The position numbers and the translations under genes were made by a program. This document shows, piece by piece, positions 13,095 through 23,860 of a stretch of 64,000 nt of DNA. The notes under the pieces are model-generated. The model had not been told where the DNA came from. It ran no database searches and saw only the letters and a list, made by a program, of their open reading frames with translations. This DNA comes from Hydrolagus colliei (Eukaryota), in assembly GCA_035084275.1 (NCBI GenBank), contig CM068757.1, forward strand, positions 4,154,001 to 4,218,000. The letters run 5' to 3'. Every line of letters starts with the position of its first letter. Position 1 is the stretch's first letter.

Positions 13095-13570
13095 CTTCAC
13101 CTGTGACTTCCTGTTTCCGGTCTTCTAGTCAGGCCTTCTGTACGTAGCCCGTGGGATGTTACCACAGCTGGGTTTCAGCACGCTTCCCCTTCCTTCTGAC
13201 CAGTGAGAGAAAAGAAGTGAACACTATAAAGAGGAAGCCTCATTCAGCCACAGAACAAGTGAAAGAAGTGGTTGGTTAAAACACCAGAGTTTTAATAGAA
13301 ATATTTGTCTCTCTTGTTTGTTCCCCCTTTCCTGTGGGGAAGTGCCTGGCCTCCACTTGGCAACTGTTCTCACTGCAGTGATTGAAATCAGGAGCTCACC
13401 ACATGGGGACTTGATAGGTGCAGAGCCGTATACATCGCTGTACGGCCGAGGTTATTGGGACATTCCTGAGAGTAGCCCTTGAGCCAGACATTGCATGGGA
13501 TTGTGGTTTTTGGCAAAAGATTTACACGCTGCCACAGGATTCCAGGACAGTTCTGAAATGTGGTGGTTGT
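13095..13570. promoter_or_regulatory. candidate ETS/RUNX/E-box enhancer cluster
   Basis: CACCTG 13098, ACTTCCTG 13106, TTTCCGG 13114, ACCACA 13161, CAGCTG 13165, AAAGAGGAAG 13228, TTTCCTG 13328, GGGGAAGTG 13336, TGTGGTT 13502, TGTGGT 13559. Motif content only. Confidence 0.4.
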
Positions 13571-16500
13571 GAAATTCTCTGTGTGTGTCTCAGTGTCTGT
13601 AAATCAGGCTGATAACAGCTGGAAAAAAACATGCAGATGATACTTTTGACAAAGATAGTGTGAAAAAAGTGCCTACTGAGTTCATTGCAATGGACTCAGT
13701 TGGTCTGAAGTTTAGAAACATGAGAACTTAGGAATGTACCAGCCCCGAAAAGACAACTGGGATCCATCTGGCTCATCTCAAAAGTGGAAAAGAATCAACA
13801 TGTCCTCTCCATTTTCCTTGTCTGAATTTATTTTTATCGATTTAAAAAGTAAAGTCAAACAACAAAGCTTGAAATAAAAGGCCACTCTTTCTTTTTCAAA
13901 AAAACAAATAATTTCCCCCGTCCCCGAAAGGAACGATTTAATCATTCACGGTTTCATTGAGCACTAAGAACTATTCAGCCGAGAAACAGGATGAGCAGTG
14001 GTAACAATGAGTCTTTCTGTCTCTACACCAATGTGATTGTAGATGTTTGTATATCTGGTTGTTAAGGGAAATGTTGAGAAAGGACTTCAGGTAGGAAGTT
14101 TAAAACCTCCTGGGACGATGTTGCTGGGTTTAACCACTGATTGCGCCAACAAGCACATTACTATGACCCCAAAATCATAAGAGATAAATAAAGGAAATAA
14201 CATCCGTTGCATGTCTGAGCTGAGACAGCCGAGCGTATTTGTTGCCTGTGGGGAGCAGAGGGCAGTGGGCTTGGCTGTGTTGTTAATAGACTTAATTTTT
14301 TCCCCCCACTGAACAAAATGTTCTGAGTTGCCTTTGTTCACAGTCGGAGCCTTGTCACACAGATTTACTGTACGAGAAATTCGGGGGCCCATTAAATTTC
14401 GCGCATTTTCCTCCCGTGAAATCAAACCGACAGCGGATTTCCTATTGCCGCTTGCTTCATTTTATGGATCAGGCCGAGCGAGTGATTTCGCTTTGGGAAA
14501 TGTTTTTTTCACTGAAGCGTTTACAACACGTGCGTCTCAAAATGGTCCATATTTACAATTTTACTGTAACTCCAGACAGTCACCATGCCTGAATTATAAA
14601 CTGTGACAGGGATATAAACAGCAGCGAGGTTACCATTGTGCCTAAAGTGGAAACTGGGCACTGGGTTATCAGAATCTCCCTCACTTCTTTGTCGATTATC
14701 AATTGATGTCACCCCCCCCACACACACCACCCCCCCACCCCAACCCATAGGAGCTGCAAGTTCGATCGGCTTATCAACCAAGGGGGAAAATACTCCATTG
14801 TAAATACATTTACTATTGCTTTTCAACGTTTCTGTTCTCTTGTGACCCTTGACAGGAAAATCCTACCCAATTACCGCAAAGACTCTGATGGATGTGCAAG
14901 TCAAACAGTCTCGGATACTTACTTTCGGATACTGACTCCCGTTATCGTTGCTCGCTTGTTTAAGCTGTCAGCTGCCACTGACTCCTATGGTGTAATACGA
15001 AGGCTAGAATGACTTTGCAGTGTTATGTGTCCTTAGTATTACCCAGGGTACAACAATTCTTGAGTGACAGTCCTCTCATACACACTTCACTATGTCTTGT
15101 ACTAACTTGACTTGTTTTAGTTCTTCGAAATAGTACGTTTCTAAGGACAACTTAATTTTTTTCGCAAAGTATCTGTTCTCATGTATATTACAATTCATGT
15201 CATGTAAATTTTTTTAAAGGAAATTAATGACAGGCAAGTAGTGAAGCATCGAGACTGGTTGATTGATCCTGGCTGTGTGTAAGTCATAAAGATAAAACAC
15301 CCGGATTTGAGCGTAGTTTGTAAAAAAAAAACAGCACAAAGATTTGCAGAGAAGAACGAACCGTTGCCAGGTGTATGTGTGGGGTGAGGAAGGAGATGAT
15401 AGATATTGAAATACAGAATTAATTCCTGTGTCTGCTTTTTTTTTAATGGGTTATAAAATTCCACAACTGTGGCTCTTAGGTCAGTCGGAAGGTCTGTAGT
15501 GGCCCTAAATTCGGTTTGGTCTCTAAGCCCTGAACTTTGCATGTACCTTTTTGCAGGAAGACACTGTGACCTGGGTCATTGGAGAGCCAGAGGGCTCTCT
15601 GGGATCAGCTTGCACATTTCTATAGAAACTCTTTAATTCTCTGCTACTGGCCTGGACTGTTCAACCTACATGCAACAAGCCTCCATTAGTAAGACTCCTT
15701 TGAAATTTCAGGCTTTGTTCAAAGGATAAATCTTACAGAAATGTCAACAATATCCAAATGCCAGACCTCCGCAGGCAAAATATTAATCAAAGTGGTTTCT
15801 AAATAAATCATAAAGGAAGAAGACGGCAAGCGTATCAGATTTGCAATGTTAATGTGATCATAAGGAAGCATTAGATTAGATGGACAATGGAAACCAAAGT
15901 TGAGTTCAAACCATGTTCTGTTGTGCTTTTGTCTGAATTTATTCAATAATTCTATCACAAATCAAAATACTGAGAACTGTTTAACCCTCAGAAGTCTTTC
16001 GAAACCAGGTTTCCTATCACAGAATTATTATTGATATTTATACATATATATTTTTAAAAACTTGTTACTTCTTCTAATTAGTATTCTGACAATTAGCAGA
16101 TTGTAATGTCATCTGTAAAGTATTGATATTATAGAAATGTAATTACTTCAGAAAACCCTGTGCTATCTTAGCCTTCCATCTGTTCTAACAAAGTCCCCAA
16201 CTAAAGCACCCTGAAATAATAGCATCTCAGTAACAGACCTAAGGCAACATGGAATGTTGCAACAACATGGCAACCTCACAGATCATAGAAACTCTCTTCT
16301 TTGAATGATACATGGATTAATTAAAAAATATGTATTTTAAGAATCCACAAATTGTACTCAGTTTAGATTGAGCTGCATAGCACAGAGAAAACTTTAAAAC
16401 TGTTCGTGTCTATTTTCCAGAAAACCTATAGCGTGCTCATGGGTATGACCAACGCAGACGTTTACATTGCTTTAAATAGTGGTTACCTACTGTACTTTGA

Positions 16501-16924
16501 AAGTCATGCGCATTGTCATGGCTGAATAATGTTGCTAGTTTTGCAATACTCTATGCTTTGGGGGAAGCGAAGCTTCGCATGTGCGTCTTGAAACACATGC
16601 GCAATGCGCAATAATCTGCTTGCCAGCAATTGAAGTCAAAATGCTGCCCTTTTAAAATTAAACTTTAAATTTTGGCTTTCCACTTGATGTGAAACTCAAA
16701 GTTCATGTGGTTTTACATTCTTTATGTGGTCTCGAACCAATGGCAATATTTGAATTGTACTCAGATCTGTGACACAGTTTTCAATTCAGCATTGGATTGA
16801 GCCAGGCCTGACACATGCCTGCCTGATACAATTGCTCAGAAGTATTCTCTCCTATTTTGACGATCCGCTTACTTTATTGGGGAGGATGTAAAAATAGGGA
16901 ACAGGATGGTCCAGACCACAGTCT

Positions 16925-16980
16925 CCGAGATGCTGCCATGGCCGAAGGACACTATATAAATGCAAGTTTGTTGTTGCTGT
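16925..16980 (+). mobile_element. L2-type 3' tail
   Basis: ...GGACACTATATAAATGCAAGTTTGTTGTTG. Confidence 0.65.
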
Positions 16981-17009
16981 CTAACTACTTGATGCTACTT
17001 GATGGTGAG

Positions 17010-17282
17010 ATCAGGCCACCTAAATGAGCTGAGGAGAAATTTTTTCACTCTGCGGGTGGTTCGAATCTGGAATGCATTGCCTGAAAAGTTGGTGGAGGCC
17101 GATTCTATAACAGCGTTTAAAAGAGAATTAGATCTTTATTTAGGGAGAACAGGTCTGTTAGGTTATGGGGAGAGAGCTGGCCAGTGGGATTGAGTTGCTC
17201 TTTTCAAAGAGTCGGCACAGACTAGATGGGCCGAATGGCCTCCTTTTGTGCCGTAAAATTCTATGATTCTATGATTCTATGA
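17010..17282 (+). mobile_element. CR1 LINE 3' end (ORF2 C-terminus + 3' UTR + octamer tail), well preserved
   Basis: Peptide RRNFFTLRVVRIWNALPEKLVEADSITAFKRELDLYL is the canonical CR1 ORF2 end, with its stop at 17191-17193. It is followed by GATGGGCCGAATGGCCTCCT and an (ATTCTATG)3 tail. Confidence 0.95.
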
Positions 17283-17399
17283 AATCAAGGTGTGTTCATT
17301 TGTTACAAAACATGATGTAGAGTGAATATATTCTTTTGCCTAATCAAATGTTCTGAAATTGGGTTTAGGAAGCTAAAGCCCCCCTCACCCCCACCCCCC

Positions 17400-17463
17400 A
17401 ACAACAACAAAATTACATTTCTATAGCACTTTTCACGTCAGAAGGACGTCCCAAGGCGCTGGA
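17400..17463 (-). mobile_element. L2-type 3' tail (second tail variant)
   Basis: Reverse complement CCAGCGCCTTGGGACGTCCTTCTGACGTGAAAAGTGCTATAGAAATGTAATTTTGTTGTTGT. Confidence 0.75.
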
Positions 17464-17997
17464 CAGTTACTGCTTCAGATCCGAGCTGAGGACGGGGGTG
17501 GGTGGGGGGGAAGGAACCCCTTCCAACCCTTTCATCTCACAACCCATCTGCCCCCCATTGCAGCAGGTGGCTTGGAAAAACAACGGTTCTCAGAACTCAA
17601 CCTGTAGAATTATATAATTGTTGGTCCCTCATGTGAATTCAATTGCTCAGTCAGCATTTCCAATACAGTACATTTCTTAGGGAGCAAAAGTTCCCTTCAA
17701 AATGAGTTGGATCAAAGAGAGAGAGAACTGAATAGTTAAACCACAAAATGTAAATCTGTGATATTCCAAACCCTCCCGTACTGTAACCTGGTAGTTTTAC
17801 ACTGGGGTTTGGCTCAGATTAAGTTATTTTTAAGTTTTCCTAGCCGATTAAGCTGCTTTTTATTTCTTTTTAAGACTGTTTTTTTTAGTGAACTGCACCT
17901 GTTTCATGTGTTTTCATTCAGAGAAAGTCCCACAGATGTGAAGATTTATTGATTGCACAAGGACATAAAATATCTCAAATATAAATTAATTATGTCC

Positions 17998-18075
17998 TGG
18001 AGGCATTTACTCTGTGTCCGTTAACCCTTTCCCCAGTGGAGGTATTTACTCTGTATCCATTAATCCTTTCACCAG
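17998..18075. repeat. 39-bp tandem duplication (2 copies)
   Basis: TGGAGGCATTTACTCTGTGTCCGTTAACCCTTTCCCCAG followed by TGGAGGTATTTACTCTGTATCCATTAATCCTTTCACCAG. Confidence 0.9.
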
Positions 18076-18505
18076 TATATAGATTAACGGTTGTACAGGT
18101 TAAAGATCACAGAGTAAAAAGCTTTTATATCCAGGCCTGGAATGGTTGGACACAAGAAGCTCTTAGAAAATAAAGGCATTCGGCAAAAAAGATACAAATT
18201 CAAAACCGCATGCTACATGCACAAATCGGTCATTAACACAATGTCAAATGCAATTCAAGATTTGTTCTCTAATACATCTGCTCAAAAACATACCATGTTA
18301 ATGTGTCTTGTCATTTTCTGTTTAACCATTCCTATTTTTATTTAGCCAGAAAGTATCATTGTCAAAACAGGTAGCATTTCTTCATATGGCATTATATTGT
18401 TCCTCACTTAACCATACAAACAATACACTACATCTCTTTTATAAGATTCTTTGCTAACACACAACCATTAATATAACGTAGATTGTTTATGGCTGCTCTG
18501 ACTCA

Positions 18506-18543
18506 ATATATATATATATATACTGTGTGTATATATATATATA
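18506..18543. repeat. (TA)n microsatellite, interrupted
   Basis: Two (AT)n runs separated by CTGTGTGT. Confidence 0.85.
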
Positions 18544-19116
18544 ATCCAAAACAAATTTCTTATCCCAGGCCTCCAAAGGCAATCTCGGAAGTGGTTGATT
18601 GGCGTTCACCCAGAAAATGTTGTCTATCAGTTAATTGTATTTCAACTACTCATAAGGGTAAATGATCTACCTCTGATCTGCACTCTTCTGAATCAGTACA
18701 GACATATCACTTGCGAACTGTTGAGACTTTTATGATTTTTTAAAAGTTCAGTGGCAACGCAATTGTGCTGCCCAATTCATTGTCAACGTCAAGGAGCTGG
18801 CGTCTGACTTAATTCTGTGACATGGCAAGGAATATATTGTGGTATTTAAATGATTCCCCAGCTTCACTGTAACCATTGCACTGGGGAGGAAATAGAATTG
18901 CATAGCGCAGGAAGGCTGAATAGACAACTTCCTTCCTACAGAGAAGTAATAAATTTAAAATAGATATAAACAGAACCAAACTTATTGGAAATACATTATC
19001 CTCTATTACCAGTCAGCAATATGTGAACTGCCGAGATCTTTATTTTTGGGGGTCAGCCTGACATACACCCATTACCATGCTTAAGAGTATCCAAAACAGA
19101 CTGAGAGTTCCATGCG

Positions 19117-19430
19117 TAATAATCCTTGTAGTTTTTGATATAGAACTTTATCATGTCATTGAGTCTCAAAGCACTTCACAGGATATACTGTAAAGTGGAT
19201 TGATTGTGTATCTTGTGGGCAAACGAGGCACCTCTTGTCTCACACAATGTCCCACAAACAGCCATGGGATGAGTTGACCACAATCTCAAAGTGTTCCTTT
19301 TTTACCTAGGGTTTTAAAGACAGGGAGAGAAGATATGTGCAGGAGAGATTTCCGGAGGGAGTTCCAGCGAGCAAGGAAATAGTGTCTGAAAGCTCAGCTG
19401 CCATTGATGAGATGAAGGGAGAAAGGGACC
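19117..19430 (-). mobile_element. SINE tail/core (19117-19280) abutting an L2 3' fragment (19290-19430)
   Basis: TAATAATCCTTG...ACTGTAAAGTG...GTCCCACAAACAGCC, then GGTTTTAAAG...GGGAGTTCCAG...CTGAAAGCTC (reverse complement of the L2 'AFS..AP..WNSLP' region). Confidence 0.72.
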
Positions 19431-19893
19431 TGCTAAATTTGGGGAGCAGAGAAAATTAATGTGAGACTTGGTCTAGATGACATTGCACAACAAAGGCAAT
19501 ACAAACAGTGTTTCACAAAGTGATTAGGATGAATGTTCATCATGTATTTTTTTGCAGGACATTGAGACCAATGTTGGCGTGTGGTTCTGCTGTGTAAATA
19601 CTGGGGTACTATTCGAAAATACTATAATTCAAATGTCTGGATTTCAGCTAGAATCTAAATTTATTTGGCTTTTCTTTACATCTAGCGTGCCCAATTTATT
19701 AAATTTTATCACTGACAATTCACATTTGTAGTTGGAGTGAATCAATTAAAACATCTTTCATATTAGAAAAACAAAAGTGGTGAATTAGATAAATGTCCCA
19801 TTGTGGGCACAATTTGTGCAATTTAGCTTGGTGTGTTATGAGTTCCAGTAATAGCCAGTGGGGCATTTTCTTCACAAAAACAACTGCACATAC

Positions 19894-20015
19894 TCTGCCT
19901 TGTAACACTGATTGCAGTCGTGCATTCTCCTGGATACCACTGATGAGAACCATATTGAAGAGGCTTGAAGAATTGGCGTCAAGAGAGTCCATTGAGGAAA
20001 GATCTGGGCTGCAGC
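19894..20015 (-). other. candidate exon of an unidentified minus-strand transcript
   Basis: Acceptor tatgcctgcttccag|G and donor AGA|GTATGT. Open frame (G)CSPDLSSMDSLDANSSSLFNMVLISGIQENARLQSVLQGR; no recognised homology. Confidence 0.25.
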
Positions 20016-20254
20016 CTGGAAGCAGGCATATTAGGGATTTTCATAAAGGGAATTTTCCAAGAAAGGCAGTTCGAATCAGAAGTCTTTATTTATTTGCGCC
20101 ATCTACTTTTAATTCAAGTGTTTCCTTTCATTTTTAAGTAATTCTCAAGATAACTAAACATGTGTGTGTTAGAGGGGGAAGGCTAACTTCTAATAATTCT
20201 GTTTAATTACTGCGATACCAAAAAGGAAGGTTTATTGTTTTTCTTTACCTGCGG

Positions 20255-20351
20255 AGCTGTCAGTCAGCTGTGTGGGTGTGTCCAGGATCATAGGCTCCAG
20301 ACTGACCATCGCCAGTGATCCTTGTCACGTCCACATGTCTGACTGACAGCT
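20255..20351. other. long imperfect inverted repeat / hairpin (36-bp arms, 25-nt loop)
   Basis: AGCTGTCAGTCAGCTGTGTGGGTGTGTCCAGGATCA (20255-20290) pairs with TGATCCTTGTCACGTCCACATGTCTGACTGACAGCT (20316-20351). The outer 13 bp are perfect. Confidence 0.85.
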
Positions 20352-20894
20352 TTAAGGATAAACAAATACAGTGAGATTACTATTACTAGATTTTGGTCAT
20401 TCAAAGGAAACGTGACGCTGACGCTGTCAAATTCTAACTAAATAAAATGGGGTTAGTTCATATCATTCCGGAAATATGCTGTGGGAAATATATTGACAGT
20501 GCAATTGACAACTAATAGGCCATTTTCACATTTATAAAAATATGATTATTTTTATTAATAAAAACTCACGGTGTGGTTGTGGAAAATGTCACATTACTGC
20601 TCAAACAGATTGCATGGAGGGGGTGGGGGTGTCAATGCATCATGCAGCATGCTAAACCTCTGTACACTGTTATCTCTGAGGACATTCCAATCAAATGGGC
20701 ATTCCAAGGCATCCTAAACTATTCTCTCATCTTATCCTTAGTCCCTTCTCTCCGTCTTCTCCATCAATTCAGTCACACGGTCATACGTTTGGCTGACATG
20801 AAGAAGACCCTTTGGTCTCAATTCTTCCACTCTTTGATCTCCTCCCGTCACAGCATCAAACTTGTGATTTCAAATGAGTCCTCATGCCGCCATT

Positions 20895-21335
20895 CTGGTA
20901 ACCCATTCAATTCCTCAATTTCCCCTGGGCAAAGAAATACTTCCTGATGTCTGTCCTGTAACAGCCCTTAGCTGCTCTGAATCTTCAACGCCCTGTTCTG
21001 GCATATCTGAAGATTATTTGGTTGTTTACTTTCTCAAATTTACTTAAAATCTTATATAACTCTGTAGGATGTGTGGTGTGTGGAGGGTGGGATGTGGGGG
21101 GAGACCTTTGAAGAATGAAGAGCCATATCTTGTCTAATGATCATCCTCATGGCACCCAAATACTCCAGGTGTGGCCTGATCAGAGCTCAGTACAACTTGA
21201 ACATGACTTTGGGGGATCTAAACTCGATTGATTGTCAACAGAGCTGAGCGAACAGTTTGCTTTGTTTATTGCTGTCTCACACTGTTTTGACAGGATGATT
21301 AATGAGTCAACTCAGTCTCTTTCAGCTCTCCCTTG
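20895..21335 (-). mobile_element. old CR1 ORF2 fragments
   Basis: Reverse complements GTTGTACTGAGCTCTGATCAGGCCACACCTGGAGTA (LYxALxRPHLEY motif) and CAGGACAGACATCAGGAAGTATTTCTTTGCCCAG (RTDIRKYFF). Confidence 0.75.
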
Positions 21336-21547
21336 GGTCTCTTTCAGCTCATCCATTTGCTTTTCAATCTTGCTATCTTGTTGGTTACGAGGACCAATGG
21401 TTTCTTTGTTCTTGATGCCGCCATCCCATGATAATGTTGCTAATGTAATTTTGTGAAGAAAGAGGTCAACATTTTACAAAAAAAGTGTACTGTATTCACA
21501 AGGAACCAGAATAAATGTAGTATATTTTTCTGCAACACAGTACAAAC

Positions 21548-21780
21548 AATAATAATAATCCTTGCATTTGCATTTGCCTTATCAAGTCATCAAATCCTGT
21601 GCTGAATATAATAATTGTAATCTTTGCATTTGATGTTGCCCCTTATCACATCTTCAAAACAATGAATCATAATAATCTTTACACTGATGCCTGAAAGCGT
21701 TTTACAGATTATACTGTAAAATGAATTCAGTGTATATTTTGTGGGGGCGAAACGCGGCAGCCAATTGTGCATTTTGTGCA
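21548..21780 (-). mobile_element. stack of SINE 3' tails plus core
   Basis: Three AATAAT(C)CTTGCATTTG-like starts at ~21548, ~21610 and ~21668, then ACTGTAAAATGAATT...GCGGCAGCCAATTGTGC. Confidence 0.75.
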
Positions 21781-22671
21781 ATGTTTGCCCCGATTTCCTT
21801 CCTGCCACAAGAACATATTTGTACAATAACGTATAGGAAACTGGATGTGCACAATGAGGAAAATTCAATCTGTATTTAAACAGCGAGTGAACATTTGTGA
21901 ACTCACACTGACTGCATCATATTTCCAGTTCAAACATTTTAAACATTGAATGTGAGTTGAAAGTCCAGCACATATTTAAAATAAGTATTTCGATTTGAAT
22001 GGGGAACAGCCATATTCTTAAGAGGAATTGACTATGTAGTCTTTCTTTGGGAATATTAAATTAGTCTTTGCATCCAAGGTTTGTGATGTTACATCTCAAA
22101 TTAAAACAACATTTGCCCTGTTCTTTAAGTCTGAACTATCCTAATCTGATTAGAGGTGACATACTAACCAATTAGTTGTTATTTAATAGTTCTGTACTGA
22201 AGAAGTTTGGTCTAAGGTAGTCAACCTGTGTTTAATTTACCTCTAGGGCTTGAAGGAGCCTGTGCCCAGGACTGCCAGTTATGCATTGGACTAATGGTTG
22301 GCTGGACATAGAGACAAACTTATTGTAACAACAGGGAGGACACAAACCATCTCCTTTCTCTGAGTAATTATTGAATTTAAGTTCTTTCCAAATTCGAACC
22401 AGACTCCCTGTAACTGTATTGATATAAAACACTGCACTAACATTAACGTAAAATTGGCACCTGGTCAGTATAGTAATATATTCAACAGAATTCCTTAGCA
22501 TTAATAACTTTAAGGCAGGTGAGCCTAAAGTTATGCTATGAATAAAAGTGTCACTTGTTTTGCTATAAAATTAATATTACGTCAACTGAAACCACAATCT
22601 TTGTATGACTGTTTGCATCACATTGGCCCTTAGTGAAAATCCAACAAGACAGCTTTAACATGAAAAGAATC

Positions 22672-22805
22672 TGCATATTTGACTTTAGTGCCTTTCACTT
22701 CAAAGTGCTTCACAGTATATACTATAGAATGCAATGGCTGTATCATTTGTAGGACAACGAGGCAGCCAATTTGTAACGTATCACAAACCAGCCATGAGTT
22801 GAATC
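22672..22805 (-). mobile_element. degenerate SINE 3' half
   Basis: TCAAAGTGCTTCACAG...GAGGCAGCCAATTTG...CACAAACCAGCCATG. Confidence 0.65.
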
Positions 22806-23154
22806 AACAGGTATTTCAACCTCAAAATAGGACCCAGGAGTTATTGGAATAAAGCGTTTGCAATATTAGCTGGTGTTCTACCACACCACTGGAGGTGGTG
22901 CTGATGCTACTGTATTTAGAGCAGCCACAATTAACACGTTTTTAAATACATGAGCATTGACATCACAGATCTATGCCAAACAATTTTCATGTGGATCAGT
23001 AATACAGTCTATTACATTTATATTGCAGCTTTCACATCAGTTGGATATCCCACTGATTGGTATAATTAACATAAAACAGAAAACATGTTCAATTGGATAA
23101 GAATGACTCAAAACCACCACTAGTATATTGGATGGTGTTGACTGTCCTTTCCCA

Positions 23155-23442
23155 CCACTGGTGGGCGAGCTTTTGGCCACTCAGCCCCCACCCTCTGGAA
23201 CTCTATCCCACAGTCTCTCCGCCTTTCCCCCCTCACTTGCCTCCTCCATCACAAGAGCCTCCTCTTTGATTGCACCCTTCTTCCTCTCTGGTCCAGACCC
23301 CCCACCCTCCCCTCACCCCCTTCTCTGGTCTGGACACCCCCCACCCCTCCTGTTGGGTCCGAAACACTGATTGTCCAGTGCCTTTGGATGTCCTGCCAAT
23401 ATGAAAGGCTGTACCAATGACATTTTGTTGTTGCTTGTTGTT
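23155..23442 (+). mobile_element. L2 LINE 3' end (ORF2 terminus, C-rich UTR, (GTT)n tail)
   Basis: GGTGGGCGAGCTTTTGGCCACTCAGCCCCCACCCTCTGGAACTCT (GGRAFxxxAPTLWNS), a C-rich UTR, then GTCCAGTGCCTTTGGATGTCC...TTGTTGTTG. Confidence 0.82.
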
Positions 23443-23534
23443 ATTTCACCTTTGGGACCCCAAGACAGTACTTTGGGGAGAGCTGGTGAATGGGTCTGTA
23501 ACCCGAGGACACCGATTAAAAATAGTTGTTAAAA

Positions 23535-23745
23535 GGATCTGGAATGCATTGACTGAAATCGTGGTGGAAGCCAATTCGATAACAACTTTTAAGTGAGAAG
23601 AAGATAATTATTTGGAGAGGAGAAGTTTGCAGGGCTATGGGAAGAGAGCAAGGGAGTGGGCTTGATTTGAATAGCTCTTTTCAAAGATCCAGCATAGACA
23701 TGATATCTTGAGTGGCCTCCTTTGGCGCTGTATAGTTCTATGATT
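23535..23745 (+). mobile_element. CR1 LINE 3' end, degenerate
   Basis: GGATCTGGAATGCATTGACTGAAATCGTGGTGGAAGCC...AGCTCTTTTCAAAG...TGGCCTCCT...TTCTATGATT; colinear with 17060-17280. Confidence 0.88.
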
Positions 23746-23746
23746 C

Positions 23747-23860
23747 CTTGGACACTATTCAAAGAGAGAAGCAAGTTTCTCCCAGTGTCCTGGCGAATAC
23801 TGCCCCTGATTAATAGATCAGTCATTTCATAGCTGTTTGTGACATTTTATTGTGTCCAAA
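23747..23860 (+). mobile_element. old Deu-domain SINE relic
   Basis: GGACACTATTCAAAGAGAGAAGCAAGTTTCTCCCAGTGTCCTGGCGAATA...GCTGTTTGTG resembles the DeuSINE core (GGCACTATTT.GAAGAAGAGCAGGGGAGTTCTCCCCGGTGTCCTGGCCAATAT, recalled from memory). Confidence 0.6.
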
